Assembly: GCA_965220745.1 (NCBI GenBank)
Contig: CBDCQT010000010.1
Coordinates: 480,001 to 544,000 of the forward strand
Direction of reading: 5' to 3'
Source: Alphaproteobacteria bacterium
GTDB taxonomy: Bacteria > Pseudomonadota > Alphaproteobacteria > UBA828
Length of the DNA: 64,000 bases
The position numbers and the translations under genes were made by a program. This document shows, one piece after another, positions 28,072 through 38,933 of this stretch (position 1 is the first letter of the stretch; each line of letters starts with the position of its first letter). The notes below the pieces were generated by a model that was given only the letters and a program-made list of their open reading frames with translations, had not been told where the DNA came from and made no database searches.

Positions 28072-29067
28072 GTGAGCGGCGTCGCCACCCTGGAGATCGC
28101 GCCGGAGGACGGCGACCAGCGGCTCGACCGCTGGTTCAAGCGGCACTACCCCGCCCTCGGCCACGGCCGGCTGGAGAAGCTGCTGCGCACGGGCCAGATC
28201 CGCGTCAACGGCAAGCGCGCCCGCGCCGGCACGCGCCTTGCGCCCGGCGACCGGGTCCGCGTGCCGCCGCTGCCCGATCGGGACGAGGGCCGGGCGCCAC
28301 GTCGCGCCCCGCCGCCGCCGGCAGACGAAGACGCCGCCATGATGCGGGCGGCGGTCATCTACCGCGACGACGACCTGATCGCGCTCAACAAGCCGCCGGG
28401 CCTGCCGGTGCAGGGTGGGAGCCGCGTCGCCCGCCACCTCGACGGGCTGCTCGGCGCGCTCCGCTTCGATGCGGCGGAATCGCCCCGCCTGGTTCACCGG
28501 CTCGACCGCGACACCAGCGGGGTCCTGCTGCTCGCCCGCCACACCGCAGCGGCCCGCGACCTGACCAAGCTGTTCCGCTCGCGCAGCCTGCGCAAGCTTT
28601 ACTGGGCGCTGGTGGTCGGCGTGCCGAGACCTGCGCAGGGGCGGATCGACGCGCCCCTCGCCAAGCGTCAGGTGAGCGCAGGTGAGCGGGTGGTCGCGAC
28701 CGCCGAGGGCGGCCAGCGCGCGATAACGGACTACGCGCTGATCGAGAGCGCCGGGCGGCGCCTCTCCTGGCTCGCGCTGATGCCGCGCACGGGCCGCACC
28801 CATCAGCTTCGGGCGCACACCGCCTCGGTCTTCGGCCATCCCGTGGTGGGCGACGGCAAGTACGGCGGCGAGGCGGCGTTCCCGGCCGGCTTCGAGCCGC
28901 GCCTGCACCTCCACGCCCGCGCGCTGGAGCTGCCGCGGCCCGGCAACAAGCTGCCGCTGGTCCTCACCGCGCCACTGCCGCCGCACATGGCCGCCGCGTG
29001 GCGCTTCCTCGGCTTCGATGTTTCGCCCGCCGGCGACGATTTCGCGCCCTTCGAGGACGCGCCGTGA
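28072..29067 (+). CDS. rluC: RluA-family pseudouridine synthase with S4 domain (RluC-like)
   Basis: RLDRW S4 domain, NKPPGL, HRLDRDTSG, GRTHQLR.H. Confidence 0.8.
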   Translation: MSGVATLEIAPEDGDQRLDRWFKRHYPALGHGRLEKLLRTGQIRVNGKRARAGTRLAPGDRVRVPPLPDRDEGRAPRRAPPPPADEDAAMMRAAVIYRDDDLIALNKPPGLPVQGGSRVARHLDGLLGALRFDAAESPRLVHRLDRDTSGVLLLARHTAAARDLTKLFRSRSLRKLYWALVVGVPRPAQGRIDAPLAKRQVSAGERVVATAEGGQRAITDYALIESAGRRLSWLALMPRTGRTHQLRAHTASVFGHPVVGDGKYGGEAAFPAGFEPRLHLHARALELPRPGNKLPLVLTAPLPPHMAAAWRFLGFDVSPAGDDFAPFEDAP

Positions 29068-29774
29068 ACGCCGCCAAGCCGAAGCGCTTCTACAAGACGG
29101 CGGAGGCAGTGGAGGCCGACGGCGGGCACGGCATCGCGCTCGACGGCAAGCCCGTGCGCACCCCGGCAAGCAGGCCGCTCGCGGTATCCGGCGCAGCGCT
29201 CGCGAATGCCGTCGCCGACGAATGGGCGGCGCAGGGCGAGACCATCGACCGCGAGACCATGCCGCTCACCCGCCTCGTCTGCACCGCGCTGGACCTTGTG
29301 CCGGAGCGGCGGGCCGACATCGTGGCCGAGACCGCAGTTTACGCCGAAACCGACCTCGTCTGCTACCGGACCGACGCGCCGCCGGCGCTCGCCCGCCGCC
29401 AGACCGCCGCTTGGGAGCCCTTGGTGACGTGGGCGGCCGAGCGTTACGGCGCCCGCCTCGCGGTCACGACGTCAATCACGCCCCTCGCCCAGGCGCCGGA
29501 GGCGCTCGAAGCCCTGCGGGAAGCGGTGGCGACGGAGGACGATTTCGCTCTCGCCGGCCTGAGCATGACGACGAGAGCCTTCGGCTCGCTGGTGATCGCG
29601 CTCGCCATGCGGGACGGCCGGCTCGATGCGCGGGCCGCCGCCGATGCCTCGCTTATCGACGAGCGCTATCAGCTGGAGCGCTGGGGCGAAGACGCGGAGC
29701 TCGCCGCCCGCTGCGCCCGCGTCGCTCGCGACGCCACAGACGCCGAACGCCTGTTTCGCTTGCTCGCCACGTGA
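29064..29774 (+). CDS. ATP12 family chaperone
   Basis: KRFYK, LDGKPVRTP, MPLTRL, ETDLVCYR, YQLERWG. Confidence 0.88.
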   Translation: MNAAKPKRFYKTAEAVEADGGHGIALDGKPVRTPASRPLAVSGAALANAVADEWAAQGETIDRETMPLTRLVCTALDLVPERRADIVAETAVYAETDLVCYRTDAPPALARRQTAAWEPLVTWAAERYGARLAVTTSITPLAQAPEALEALREAVATEDDFALAGLSMTTRAFGSLVIALAMRDGRLDARAAADASLIDERYQLERWGEDAELAARCARVARDATDAERLFRLLAT

Positions 29775-29879
29775 CCGCGCGCCTCAGATGGCGGTGATGC
29801 TTGCATCCGGCAGGCCCTGCGGATAGGGTGACGCGCCGCCGGGCCAAGGCCGGGCCGGCTCACACGAGGAGTGCGACCT

Positions 29880-30281
29880 ATGGCACGCGTGACGGTCGAA
29901 GATTGCGTTGGCTTGGTGCCGAACCGGTTCGAGCTGGTGCTGCTCGCCGCACAGCGCGCCCGCGACATTCGTTCCGGCGCGGAGCTCACGGTCGAGAAGG
30001 ACAACGACAAGAACGCCGTCATCGCCCTCCGCGAGATCGCCGACGAGACGATCGATCTTGAGACGCTCCGCCATGAGTTGGAGCACGGGCGCGAGGTAGA
30101 CACCGAGATCGACGAGCCGGACGAGGATGCCATGGCGGTACTGGCGGCCGAGGCTGCCTGGGCCGGCGTAACCGGCCAGTCCGCGCCCGTCGAGGAGGAG
30201 GTTGGGGCGCCCGACAGCGAGGACGAGCCGGCAGAAGAGCCGGCGGTCGAGGCGGAAACGGCGGCGGAACTGGAGGAGTAG
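29880..30281 (+). CDS. rpoZ: RNA polymerase omega subunit
   Basis: [33 protein letters not shown]. Confidence 0.95.
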   Translation: MARVTVEDCVGLVPNRFELVLLAAQRARDIRSGAELTVEKDNDKNAVIALREIADETIDLETLRHELEHGREVDTEIDEPDEDAMAVLAAEAAWAGVTGQSAPVEEEVGAPDSEDEPAEEPAVEAETAAELEE

Positions 30282-30366
30282 CGCCGGCCGGCGGCGCATC
30301 GGGCGCGGCAGGGTCGCCGCCCTCACTGAGGATTTCCGCCGGCGCCGGCCTGGCGCGTCAGCGGAC

Positions 30367-32517
30367 GTGATCCGGCAATACGAACTCGTCGAACGCGTCA
30401 AGAGCTACGAGCCCTCAGCGGACGAAGCTCTGCTGAACCGCGCCTACGTCTTTTCCATGAAGGCGCACGGGACACAGACCCGCGCCAGCGGCGACCCCTA
30501 TTTCGCCCATCCGATCGAGGTCGCCGGCATCCTGACCCAGCTCAAGCTGGACAGCACCTCGATCGCGACCGCCTTGCTCCACGACACCGTGGAGGACACG
30601 GTCGCCACCATCGAGGAAATCAGCGACCTCTTCGGCGAGGAGACCGCCCGGCTCGTCGACGGCGTGACCAAGCTGAGCCGGCTGGATCTGCAGTCGGACC
30701 AGGCGCATCAGGCGGAGAACTTGCGCAAGTTCCTGCTCGCGCTGTCGGAGGACATCCGCGTCCTCCTGGTCAAGCTCGCCGATCGGCTCCACAACATGCG
30801 CACGCTGCACTATGTGCCGAGTGACAAGAAGCGGCAGCGGATCGCCAGGGAGACCATGGAGATCTACGCGCCGCTCGCGGAACGGATCGGGCTCCAGGCC
30901 TTCAAGGCGGAGCTGGAAGATCTCGCCTTCAAGGAGCTCAACTCCGACGGCTTCCACACCATGGAGACACGGCTCAAGGCGCTCCGCGACCAGGCCGGCG
31001 GCATGGTGGAGCGGGTTACCGAATCCCTCACCGAGACGCTCCGAAGCAAGCGACTGCGGGCGACCGTCACGGGCCGTGAGAAACGGCCCTACTCCATCTG
31101 GCAAAAAATGCAGCGCAAGAAGCTCGCCTTCGAGCAGCTCACCGACATCGTGGGCTTTCGCGTCGTCACCGAAGACGAGGAGGACTGCTACCGGGCGCTC
31201 GGCATCGTGCACCGCGCCTATCCGATGGTGCCGGGCCGCTTCAAGGACTACATCTCGACCCCCAAGCCCAACGGGTACCGCTCGCTCCACACCGCGGTGC
31301 TCGGTCCCGAGCAGCGGCGCATCGAGATCCAGATCCGCACCCGCGACATGCACGAGGAGGCCGAGTACGGCGTCGCTGCCCATTGGTTGTTCAAGCAAGC
31401 GGGGGACGTTCACGACGACCGTCAACAGCGCTGGCTTCGCCCGCTACTCGAGATCCTCGACAAGGCCTCGGGGCCGGAGGAGCTGCTCGAGCACGCCAAG
31501 CTCGAGATGTTTCGGGACGAGGTGTTCTGCTTCTCGCCCCGGGGAGCGCTGATCACGCTCCCGCGTGGAGCGACGCCGGTCGATTTCGCCTATGCGGTGC
31601 ACACCGATGTGGGCGACACCACGGTCGGCGCCAAGGTCAACGGGCGCATGGTGCCGCTCTGGACTCAGTTGGAGAACGGCGATCAGGTGGAAATTCTGCG
31701 CTCCAGCGTGCCGCAACCGCAGCCCAACTGGGAAAGCTTTGTCGTGACTGGCAAGGCGCGAACCTGCATCCGCCGCTTCACCCGGCTCAAGGAGCGGGAG
31801 CAGTTCATCACCCTCGGCCGGGCCGTCGCCGAGAAACTCTGTCGAGAGGCCGGCGCGGACTATTCCGAGAAGCTGCTGGAGGACGCTCTCTCGCAGCTCA
31901 AGCAGCGCTCTGTGGGCGACCTGTTGGCGGCTCTCGGGCGCGGTGACCTCACCAGCGGCGAGGTGGAGGACGCGCTCTTCCCCGCCCGCAGGCTCCAGGG
32001 CATCGCCCGCCGTGCGCTCTCGGTCGCGCGCGGCCGGCGCGGAACCAAGGCCGGCGACAGCGGCATTCCCGTGCGCGGGCTGATTCCGGGCATGGCCGTG
32101 CATCTCGCCGAATGCTGCAATCCGCTGCCCGGCGAGCGCATCGTCGGCATCGTCACCACCGGCAAGGGCGTGACGATCCACACCATCGACTGCGACACGC
32201 TGGAGAGCTTCAGCGACACGCCCGAACGCTGGCTCGACCTTGCCTGGGAGGCGGACGCGGACGAGAAGGGCGTCCATGTCGGCCGCCTCAACCTGGTGGT
32301 CGCCAACGAGACCGGCAGCCTCAGCAAGCTGACCACGGCCATCGCCAAGAACAATGGCAACATCAGCAACCTCAAGATCACCAATCGCTCGCTCGATTTC
32401 TTCGAGATGCTGGTCGATATCGAGGTCAAGGACGCGAGACACCTCGGCAACATCGTGGCTGCCTTGCGGGCAGTGACGTCGGTGAGCAGCGTCGAGCGGG
32501 AGCGCGCGCGCCACTGA
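30367..32517 (+). CDS. rsh: Bifunctional (p)ppGpp synthetase/hydrolase (Rel/Rsh)
   Basis: HD hydrolase (LLHDTVED), synthetase RFKDY..NGYRSLH..EIQIRT, TGS and ACT domains; follows rpoZ. Confidence 0.92.
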   Translation: MIRQYELVERVKSYEPSADEALLNRAYVFSMKAHGTQTRASGDPYFAHPIEVAGILTQLKLDSTSIATALLHDTVEDTVATIEEISDLFGEETARLVDGVTKLSRLDLQSDQAHQAENLRKFLLALSEDIRVLLVKLADRLHNMRTLHYVPSDKKRQRIARETMEIYAPLAERIGLQAFKAELEDLAFKELNSDGFHTMETRLKALRDQAGGMVERVTESLTETLRSKRLRATVTGREKRPYSIWQKMQRKKLAFEQLTDIVGFRVVTEDEEDCYRALGIVHRAYPMVPGRFKDYISTPKPNGYRSLHTAVLGPEQRRIEIQIRTRDMHEEAEYGVAAHWLFKQAGDVHDDRQQRWLRPLLEILDKASGPEELLEHAKLEMFRDEVFCFSPRGALITLPRGATPVDFAYAVHTDVGDTTVGAKVNGRMVPLWTQLENGDQVEILRSSVPQPQPNWESFVVTGKARTCIRRFTRLKEREQFITLGRAVAEKLCREAGADYSEKLLEDALSQLKQRSVGDLLAALGRGDLTSGEVEDALFPARRLQGIARRALSVARGRRGTKAGDSGIPVRGLIPGMAVHLAECCNPLPGERIVGIVTTGKGVTIHTIDCDTLESFSDTPERWLDLAWEADADEKGVHVGRLNLVVANETGSLSKLTTAIAKNNGNISNLKITNRSLDFFEMLVDIEVKDARHLGNIVAALRAVTSVSSVERERARH

Positions 32518-32621
32518 GCGGGACCCGGCCAACCGGGCGTAAATTGTATAATTCGGGCTCTGGCCCTATGATCCAGGCCCCCGGCCGGCCGCCGGCACGG
32601 GGCAACAAGGAGGGAGATGGG

Positions 32622-33956
32622 GTGTCTCAGGCACACCAAACGAGGCTCGCCGGGCAGGGCAACGAGGCGCCCAGCGCCGTGCTCACCGATCGGGAGACCG
32701 GGAGCACGGTCGAGTTGCCTGTCCTCGAGGGGACGATGGGCCCGCCGGTGATCGATATCCGCTCGCTCTACGCGGGGACGGGCAAGTTCTCCTACGACCC
32801 CGGCTATACCGCGACCGGCTCGTGCAAGTCGAATATCACCTATATCGACGGCGAACAGGGCGTGCTGCTGCACCGCGGCTACCCTATCGACGAGCTGGCC
32901 GCATACAGCGACTTCCTCGAAGTCTCCTACCTATTGCTCCACGGTGAGCTGCCGAACGCGGCGGAGAAGGACCACTTCGTCAACACCATCACCAAGCACA
33001 CGATGGTGCACGAGCAGATCAACTACCTCTATCGGGGGTTCCGGCGCGATTCCCATCCGATGGCGGTGATGATCGGCGTGGTGGGCGCGCTTGCCGCCTT
33101 CTATCACGACACCACCGACATCGACGATCCGAAGCAGCGCATCATCGCCTCGCACAGGATGATCGCGAAGATGCCGACGTTTGCGGCGATGGCGTACAAG
33201 TACAATATCGGCCAGCCGTTCGTGTATCCGCGCAACGACCTCACGTACGCGGAGAATTTCCTGCACATGATGTTCGCGGTGCCGTGCGAGGACTATCAGA
33301 TCAACCCGATCCACGCGCGCGCCATGGACCGCATCCTGATCCTCCATGCGGACCACGAGCAAAACGCCTCGACGTCGACGGTGCGCCTCGCCGGCTCTTC
33401 CGGCGCCAACCCCTACGCCTGCATCGCGGCCGGCATCGCGACGCTCTGGGGGCCTGCCCACGGCGGCGCCAACGAGGCGGTGCTCCAGATGCTGGAGGAG
33501 ATCGGCACGGTCGAGAACATCTCGGAATTCATCAAGCGGGCGAAGGACAAGGACGACCCATTCCGGCTCATGGGCTTCGGCCACCGGGTCTACAAGAACT
33601 ACGACCCGCGGGCGACGGTCATGCGGGAGACCTGCCACGAGGTGCTCGACGATCTCGGCATCAGCGACGAGCTGCTCAGGATCGCCATGGAGCTTGAGCG
33701 GATCGCGCTGGAGGACGAGTACTTCGTCGACCGCAAGCTCTACCCCAACGTCGACTTCTACTCGGGCTTGATCCTGCAGGCGCTCGGCATCCCGACGCAC
33801 CTGTTCACGGTGATCTTCGCGCTGGCGCGCACCGTGGGCTGGGTCGCCCAATGGAACGAGATGATCGCGGATCCCGAGCAGAAGATCGGCCGACCGCGCC
33901 AGCTCTACACCGGCCCGGCGCAACGCGGCTTCGTCCCGTTGAGGGATCGGCCGTAG
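32622..33956 (+). CDS. gltA: Type II citrate synthase
   Basis: [43 protein letters not shown]. Start approximate. Confidence 0.95.
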   Translation: MSQAHQTRLAGQGNEAPSAVLTDRETGSTVELPVLEGTMGPPVIDIRSLYAGTGKFSYDPGYTATGSCKSNITYIDGEQGVLLHRGYPIDELAAYSDFLEVSYLLLHGELPNAAEKDHFVNTITKHTMVHEQINYLYRGFRRDSHPMAVMIGVVGALAAFYHDTTDIDDPKQRIIASHRMIAKMPTFAAMAYKYNIGQPFVYPRNDLTYAENFLHMMFAVPCEDYQINPIHARAMDRILILHADHEQNASTSTVRLAGSSGANPYACIAAGIATLWGPAHGGANEAVLQMLEEIGTVENISEFIKRAKDKDDPFRLMGFGHRVYKNYDPRATVMRETCHEVLDDLGISDELLRIAMELERIALEDEYFVDRKLYPNVDFYSGLILQALGIPTHLFTVIFALARTVGWVAQWNEMIADPEQKIGRPRQLYTGPAQRGFVPLRDRP

Positions 33957-33973
33957 CCGCACGCCTGATGGAC

Positions 33974-33986
33974 TGGCGTCCCCAGG
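33974..33986. repeat. att-like duplication of the tRNA-Glu 3' end
   Basis: TGGCGTCCCCAGG is identical to 35039-35051. Confidence 0.75.
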
Positions 33987-34106
33987 AGACCTTACTTTAC
34001 TCATATATTTCAACATCTTAGTTTGACCAACCGCACTAACATTCTACCCGCCCCAGTCGACGGGGGCAGGTCTGGGCCGCTAGCGACGCGTTGATGGAGG
34101 TTGCCC

Positions 34107-34823
34107 GTGGGTGGCGTTCTCGTTCTCGGCCTCTTGGTCGGCATGCGTCATGCGCTGGAAGCTGACCATGTCGCCGCCGTCGCCGCGCTGACGGCGCGTA
34201 GTCGGAAGCTAGGTGGCGCCCTTCGCCTCGGTGCGGCATGGGGACTGGGGCACACACTGACGCTCTTCGCTGCGGGCACCGTGGTGCTCTCGCTCGACGG
34301 CGTCATGCCCGAGCGCATCGCGCACCTCTTCGAGTTTGCCGTCGGCATCATGCTGGTGCTGCTGGGGGCCGACCTGCTGCGGCGCCTGATCGCGGCGCGC
34401 GTTCACTTCCACATGCACCGCCACGGCGACGGCACGACGCACTTTCATGCTCACAGCCACGCCGGCGAGGCCGATCACGCCGGATCGCGCCATGACCACG
34501 TGCACGCGCGCGGCCTGCCCGTGCGTGCACTCGCGGTCGGACTGATGCATGGGCTCGCGGGGTCTGCGGCGCTGATCCTGCTGACGGCGGGGCAGATCGA
34601 CTCGCTTGTCTGGGCGCTCGCCTACCTTGCGCTCTTCGGCATCGGCTCGATGATCGGCATGGCCGCACTCTCGGTTGTCATCGCGATTCCGCTACAGCGG
34701 CTGGCGCGAAGCCTCTCCTGGGCACACAACGCGCTGGGTGCCGCCGTCGGGCTCGGCACCATCGGTCTCGGCGCCTGGATTGCTTACCGGATCGGCATCG
34801 TCGAAGGGCTGACGCTTGGCTAG
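34107..34823 (+). CDS. Ni/Co permease-like membrane protein (UreH/NiCoT-like)
   Basis: RHALEADHVAAV, WGLGHT, His-rich loop, HGLAGSA. Confidence 0.8.
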   Translation: MGGVLVLGLLVGMRHALEADHVAAVAALTARSRKLGGALRLGAAWGLGHTLTLFAAGTVVLSLDGVMPERIAHLFEFAVGIMLVLLGADLLRRLIAARVHFHMHRHGDGTTHFHAHSHAGEADHAGSRHDHVHARGLPVRALAVGLMHGLAGSAALILLTAGQIDSLVWALAYLALFGIGSMIGMAALSVVIAIPLQRLARSLSWAHNALGAAVGLGTIGLGAWIAYRIGIVEGLTLG

Positions 34824-35038
34824 AGCTTTTCCGTCCCACACGGAGGCATGTCGTTTCTCGCGCACGCGAGCGCGAGGGAGGCCAGCCGGTACGTCGCAGC
34901 CGCAAATCGGGCGCGGCTCACGAGCTCGGGCATGGCGAAACTGAGGACGGAACCGGAACAAGTTTTGTCCAACCTTTCCGAAAGGTTAGACAAAAGGGGG
35001 TTCTAGGCCTTTGAAACGTAAAGAAAAAGCAAAATGGA

Positions 35039-35114
35039 TGGCGTCCCCAGGGGGACTCGAACCCCCGTTTCCGGCGTGAGAGGCCGGTGTCCTAGGCCAC
35101 TAGACGATGGGGAC
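35039..35114 (-). tRNA. tRNA-Glu(CTC)
   Basis: Canonical cloverleaf GTCCCCA...CT-CTC-AC...TTCGAGT...TGGGGACGCCA. Confidence 0.95.
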
Positions 35115-35267
35115 GCGGCCCCCTGGAGATAGCCCAGAAAGGCCGCGAACTCAACCGTCGGCAGGGACGGCCTTGACGAGAGCCCGGTCGGACTTTCGCT
35201 CCCCGGTCGAGGACGTTCCGGGTATCGTGCGCCCGGCGGCGCTGCCGCCGGGAGGAGGCGGTTCCCC

Positions 35268-36293
35268 ATGTTCGAGGAGTTCGGGTTCGAGGAGCTGACG
35301 CCGATCACGGCCTCCGTGCTGCTTGGGCTGGTGCTCGGCCTGGCCTATGGCGCGCTCGCGCAGCGCAGCGCGTTCTGCCTGCGCCGCAGCCTGGTGGGCC
35401 AGTGGCGCGACTGCCTGCCGGCGCTGGGCACATGGGTGATGGCGCTGGCGACCGCGATCGCCGGCACCCGCGTGGCGGTTGCTTTCGATCTGATCTCCTT
35501 CGAGGCGCATCGCTTTCTCGCGGCCGACCTGCCGGTCGCGTCAGCGCTGCTGGGCGGCGCGCTCTTCGGAGCCGGCATGGTGCTGACGGGCGGCTGCGTC
35601 TCGCGCCTCACGGTGCTGGTCGGCACCGGCAATCTGCGCGCCTTGCTCGTCCTGGTCGTCTTTGCCGTCACCGCCCACGCGGTGATGAAGGGCGCGCTGG
35701 CCCCGATCCGCGAGGCGGTGGGGGACGCGACCGTCCCCGGCGGTGCAGCGACGGCACTCGCGGCCTGGCCCGGCGGCGAGGTCTGGCCGGCGATCGTCGC
35801 GAGCGCCGCGTTTCTCTTCGCGCTCTTCTCCCGTGCGCGTATCTCCCATCTGGCAATGGCAGCCGCGATCGGGCTGCTGGTGCCGCTCGGCTGGATCGGT
35901 ACGGGGTTCGTGCTGCTGGACGATTTCGACCCGATCCCCGTGGCGTCCATGGGCTTCACCGGGCCGATGGCGGACACGCTGTTCTGGGCCGTGGCGGCGA
36001 CCTCGATTCCGGCGGGCTTCGGCACCGGCCTCGCCGCGGGCGTCCTGCTCGGCAGCCTGGCGGCGGCGCTCGCCGCGGGCGAGTTCCGCTGGCAGAGCCT
36101 GGAAGGCCCGCGCCAGACCGGGCGCTACCTCGCCGGCGCCGTGATGATGGGCGTGGGTGGCGTGCTGGCGGGCGGCTGCACGGTGGGCGCCGGTCTTTCC
36201 GGCGTCTCGACCGCGAGCCTTGCCGCCCTGCTCGCGCTCGCCGCCATGGCCGTCTCGGCGCGGGCCACAGGGGTGCTTCTCACCGCGCGTTAG
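35268..36293 (+). CDS. YeeE/YedE sulfur-compound (thiosulfate) transporter
   Basis: RSAFC, GMVLTGGC, GGVLAGGC.VG.GLSG motifs. Confidence 0.88.
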   Translation: MFEEFGFEELTPITASVLLGLVLGLAYGALAQRSAFCLRRSLVGQWRDCLPALGTWVMALATAIAGTRVAVAFDLISFEAHRFLAADLPVASALLGGALFGAGMVLTGGCVSRLTVLVGTGNLRALLVLVVFAVTAHAVMKGALAPIREAVGDATVPGGAATALAAWPGGEVWPAIVASAAFLFALFSRARISHLAMAAAIGLLVPLGWIGTGFVLLDDFDPIPVASMGFTGPMADTLFWAVAATSIPAGFGTGLAAGVLLGSLAAALAAGEFRWQSLEGPRQTGRYLAGAVMMGVGGVLAGGCTVGAGLSGVSTASLAALLALAAMAVSARATGVLLTAR

Positions 36294-36335
36294 AGCGGGA
36301 GCCGATCTCGTCTGATCAAGGCGGCCCTAAGATTC

Positions 36336-36540
36336 CCACCGCCCCCTATCCCCCTCCCAACTATTCATTTCCCTCAAGCGCCGGGCGCTCGCTCCGCTCG
36401 CTTGGCTACGCGCATTCGCGCGCGGCGCAGTCGCGCCGTCCGGGCCTGCGGCCCGGGAGGGAGGAGGGGGAACGCTGACGGCGCCACCCGTTCTCCCTCT
36501 CCTCCCCGTTGGGGAGGAGAGGGCCGGGGTGAGGAGGGGG
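36336..36540. repeat. Palindromic intergenic repeat (REP/MITE-like) between convergent genes
   Basis: 13-bp stem CCCTCTCCTCCCC-GTT-GGGGAGGAGAGGG (36495-36523) followed by CCGGGGTGAGG, plus further GC hairpins. Confidence 0.6.
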
Positions 36541-36541
36541 C

Positions 36542-37837
36542 TTAGCTGAACATGTCGCCGGTGATGGCGGCGTACCAGCCGAGCGATTCCTCGTAGGTCG
36601 CCTTGCGCAGCTCCGCGCTCTCCCCGGTCTTGGAGATGAAGCCGTCGGTCTTGGCGATCTTCTCGTCGGTCGCCTCGTAGGAGGCACCGACCTTGACTCC
36701 GTCGTCGGTGCCGATGAGCGACCAGCAGGTGTTGGAGTAGCGCGGCGGGAACGTCGAGGACCCGGTGAGCGCACCCCGCACCGCCATGGCGCAGGCCTTG
36801 GCCTGACTGTTGGCCGAGAAGCCCGACTTCGGCATGTCGCCCTGCTGCGAGGCATCGCCGAGGACGTGGATGTTCTCGTCGGCCCGACTCTGCATGGTGT
36901 GCGGCACGATCGGCGCCCAGCCAGCCTCGTTGGTGATGCCCGCGACCGCGGCGATGCGCCCGGCCTGCTGCGCGGGGATGACGTTGCAGACATCCACCTC
37001 CGTCGCCTCGCCGTCGATCACCACCTCCATGGCCTCGGGCCGCACCTCGACCTTGTCGCCGCCGAAGTCCGGGCCAACGCGCTCGATCATGCCGGCGTAA
37101 TGGCGCTGCCAGCCCTCCTCGAACAGGCCCTGCTTGGAAAACTTCGCCTTGGGATCGACGATCAGGATCTTGGCGGTCGGGTTCGACTGCTTCAGCACGT
37201 GGGCCACCATCGAGATCCGCTCGTAGGGCCCGGGCGGGCAGCGGAACGGGTTGGGCGGTGCCACCATGCAATAGGTGCCGCCTTCCGGCATGGCCTCGAT
37301 CTGCGCCTTGAGCAGCTGGGTCTGCGAGCCCGCCTTGTAGGCGTGCGGCATGCGGTTTTGCTGCGACAAGTCCCATCCGGGAACGGAGCCATCGCGAAAG
37401 TCGATACCCGGCGAGAGGATGAGGCGGTCGTAGGCGAGGCTGCCCCCGCCAGCGAGCCCCACGCTGCGCGCGTCGCGGTCGACGGAGACCGCCCAGTCGT
37501 GCACCACGTTGATCCCGTGATTCGCGGCGAGGTCCCCGTAGCTGTGGCCGATCGACGCGTACTCGCGGAAGCCGCCGATATAGAGGTTCGAGAAGAAGCA
37601 GCTGTAGTAGGCGCGGCTCGGCTCCACGAGCGTCACGTCGATGGCGCCATCCGAATCCTTGGCGATGTAACGCGCCGCCGTCGCGCCGCCCGCACCGCCG
37701 CCCACGACCACGACGCGCGGTCGCCCCTGTGCGAGCACCGTGGGCGCCGACAGCGCCGATACCGCCGTCGTCGCCGCTGCTGCGGATGCGAGGAAGTGGC
37801 GCCGGTTCAAGCCGCTCTTTCCGTTCGGTTTGCTCAT
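36542..37837 (-). CDS. soxF: Flavocytochrome c sulfide dehydrogenase flavoprotein subunit (SoxF/FccB)
   Basis: Tat NRRHFL, GGGAGGAT, CFFSN, RCPPGPYER, PKSGFSAN, NTCWS. Confidence 0.9.
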   Translation of the reverse strand: MSKPNGKSGLNRRHFLASAAAATTAVSALSAPTVLAQGRPRVVVVGGGAGGATAARYIAKDSDGAIDVTLVEPSRAYYSCFFSNLYIGGFREYASIGHSYGDLAANHGINVVHDWAVSVDRDARSVGLAGGGSLAYDRLILSPGIDFRDGSVPGWDLSQQNRMPHAYKAGSQTQLLKAQIEAMPEGGTYCMVAPPNPFRCPPGPYERISMVAHVLKQSNPTAKILIVDPKAKFSKQGLFEEGWQRHYAGMIERVGPDFGGDKVEVRPEAMEVVIDGEATEVDVCNVIPAQQAGRIAAVAGITNEAGWAPIVPHTMQSRADENIHVLGDASQQGDMPKSGFSANSQAKACAMAVRGALTGSSTFPPRYSNTCWSLIGTDDGVKVGASYEATDEKIAKTDGFISKTGESAELRKATYEESLGWYAAITGDMFS

Positions 37838-37854
37838 GACGTGTCTCCCCTGGC

Positions 37855-38589
37855 TCACGGATCGTCGTCCGCCTTGCGGAAATGCGCAGCGAGGGCGGCA
37901 ATCTCTTCGTCCGACAGGCGCCCCGCCACCATCTGCATGACGGGATGCACCCTCTTTCCGCCCTTGTACGCGTGCAAGGCTATCACGAAGTCATCGAGCG
38001 GCCATCCGGTTATCGAGGGGATGCCCTCGTCGGTGCCGTCCGTCCGGTGGCAGGTGGTGCATTCGCCCGCGAGATAGGCGCCGTACTCGGGGTCACCCTC
38101 GATGGCGAGGATCTGCGGATCGAGGCCGTATTCCTCGGGCGTGGCGGTCGGCTCTGCCGCTGACTGATTGGAGTGGTCTCCCGAAAAGCCGACGAGCCAC
38201 GCCAGGAGCGCGGCCCTGTCGTCCGCTCCCTCCATGCCGTCGAAGCTCATGCGCGAGTGCGGCACGAAAGTGTGCGGATCGGCGAGGAAGGCGTCGAGCG
38301 CCTCCTCGCTCCAGACCAGGCCACCGGACCCGGCGTCCTTCATCGCGTCGGAATAGCGGAAGTCCGCGAACGAGCCGGCCGTGCGGCCGAAGACATCGTT
38401 GAGGTGCGGGCCGATCCGATGTGCCGCGCCGCTGCCGACCTGGTGGCAGCGCTTGCACTGGCCGAAGAGCGCCTTGCCGCGCTCGGCCTCGGCGCCCCAA
38501 GCGTTGAGAGCGGGGAACGCCAGCAGAAGCGCCACGGCGAGCATCCCGGAGGCGGCCCATGCCGCGAGTCCGGCCGCCCGGTGTCCCAT
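37855..38589 (-). CDS. soxE: Di-haem cytochrome c (SoxE-like)
   Basis: Two CxxCH motifs (CKRCH, CTTCH), signal peptide, adjacent to soxF. Confidence 0.8.
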   Translation of the reverse strand: MGHRAAGLAAWAASGMLAVALLLAFPALNAWGAEAERGKALFGQCKRCHQVGSGAAHRIGPHLNDVFGRTAGSFADFRYSDAMKDAGSGGLVWSEEALDAFLADPHTFVPHSRMSFDGMEGADDRAALLAWLVGFSGDHSNQSAAEPTATPEEYGLDPQILAIEGDPEYGAYLAGECTTCHRTDGTDEGIPSITGWPLDDFVIALHAYKGGKRVHPVMQMVAGRLSDEEIAALAAHFRKADDDP

Positions 38590-38596
38590 CGCGGCC

Positions 38597-38923
38597 CTAG
38601 TCGACCTCAACCTGTTTGCTGAGGCTGTAGACGGAGCCGTCGTCGTCGAACCACTGGAACTCCAGAAGACCCGAGTCCGGGACGGCCAATTGGAATTGAA
38701 CGTAGGGGTCGGCCGAGACCGCCGGTTCCAGATCGACGGAGATCGCCACCTCGCCGTTATAGCTGACCACGAAGCGGTTGATGATCCGGCGGGGCACGAG
38801 CACGCCGTCGCTGTCGTGGCGCTCCCCGGTGTGCATCGGGTGGGTGATCCGGGTCTTGACCGTGAAGGGGACGCCCGCCTCGATCGACCTCGGCAGCTTC
38901 ACGCGCGGCCTGGGTTGCGCCAT
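38597..38923 (-). CDS. soxZ: Sulfur carrier protein SoxZ
   Basis: ITHPM.TG.R.D..G..VPR.II, AVSADP, WFDDDG. Confidence 0.9.
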   Translation of the reverse strand: MAQPRPRVKLPRSIEAGVPFTVKTRITHPMHTGERHDSDGVLVPRRIINRFVVSYNGEVAISVDLEPAVSADPYVQFQLAVPDSGLLEFQWFDDDGSVYSLSKQVEVD

Positions 38924-38933
38924 CGCCTGCTCC

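Noticed and set aside
32112-32621. Long N-terminal extension of citrate synthase in the ORF track
   Set aside because: It overlaps rsh in another frame. A promoter-like AT-rich spacer and an RBS support a start near 32622.
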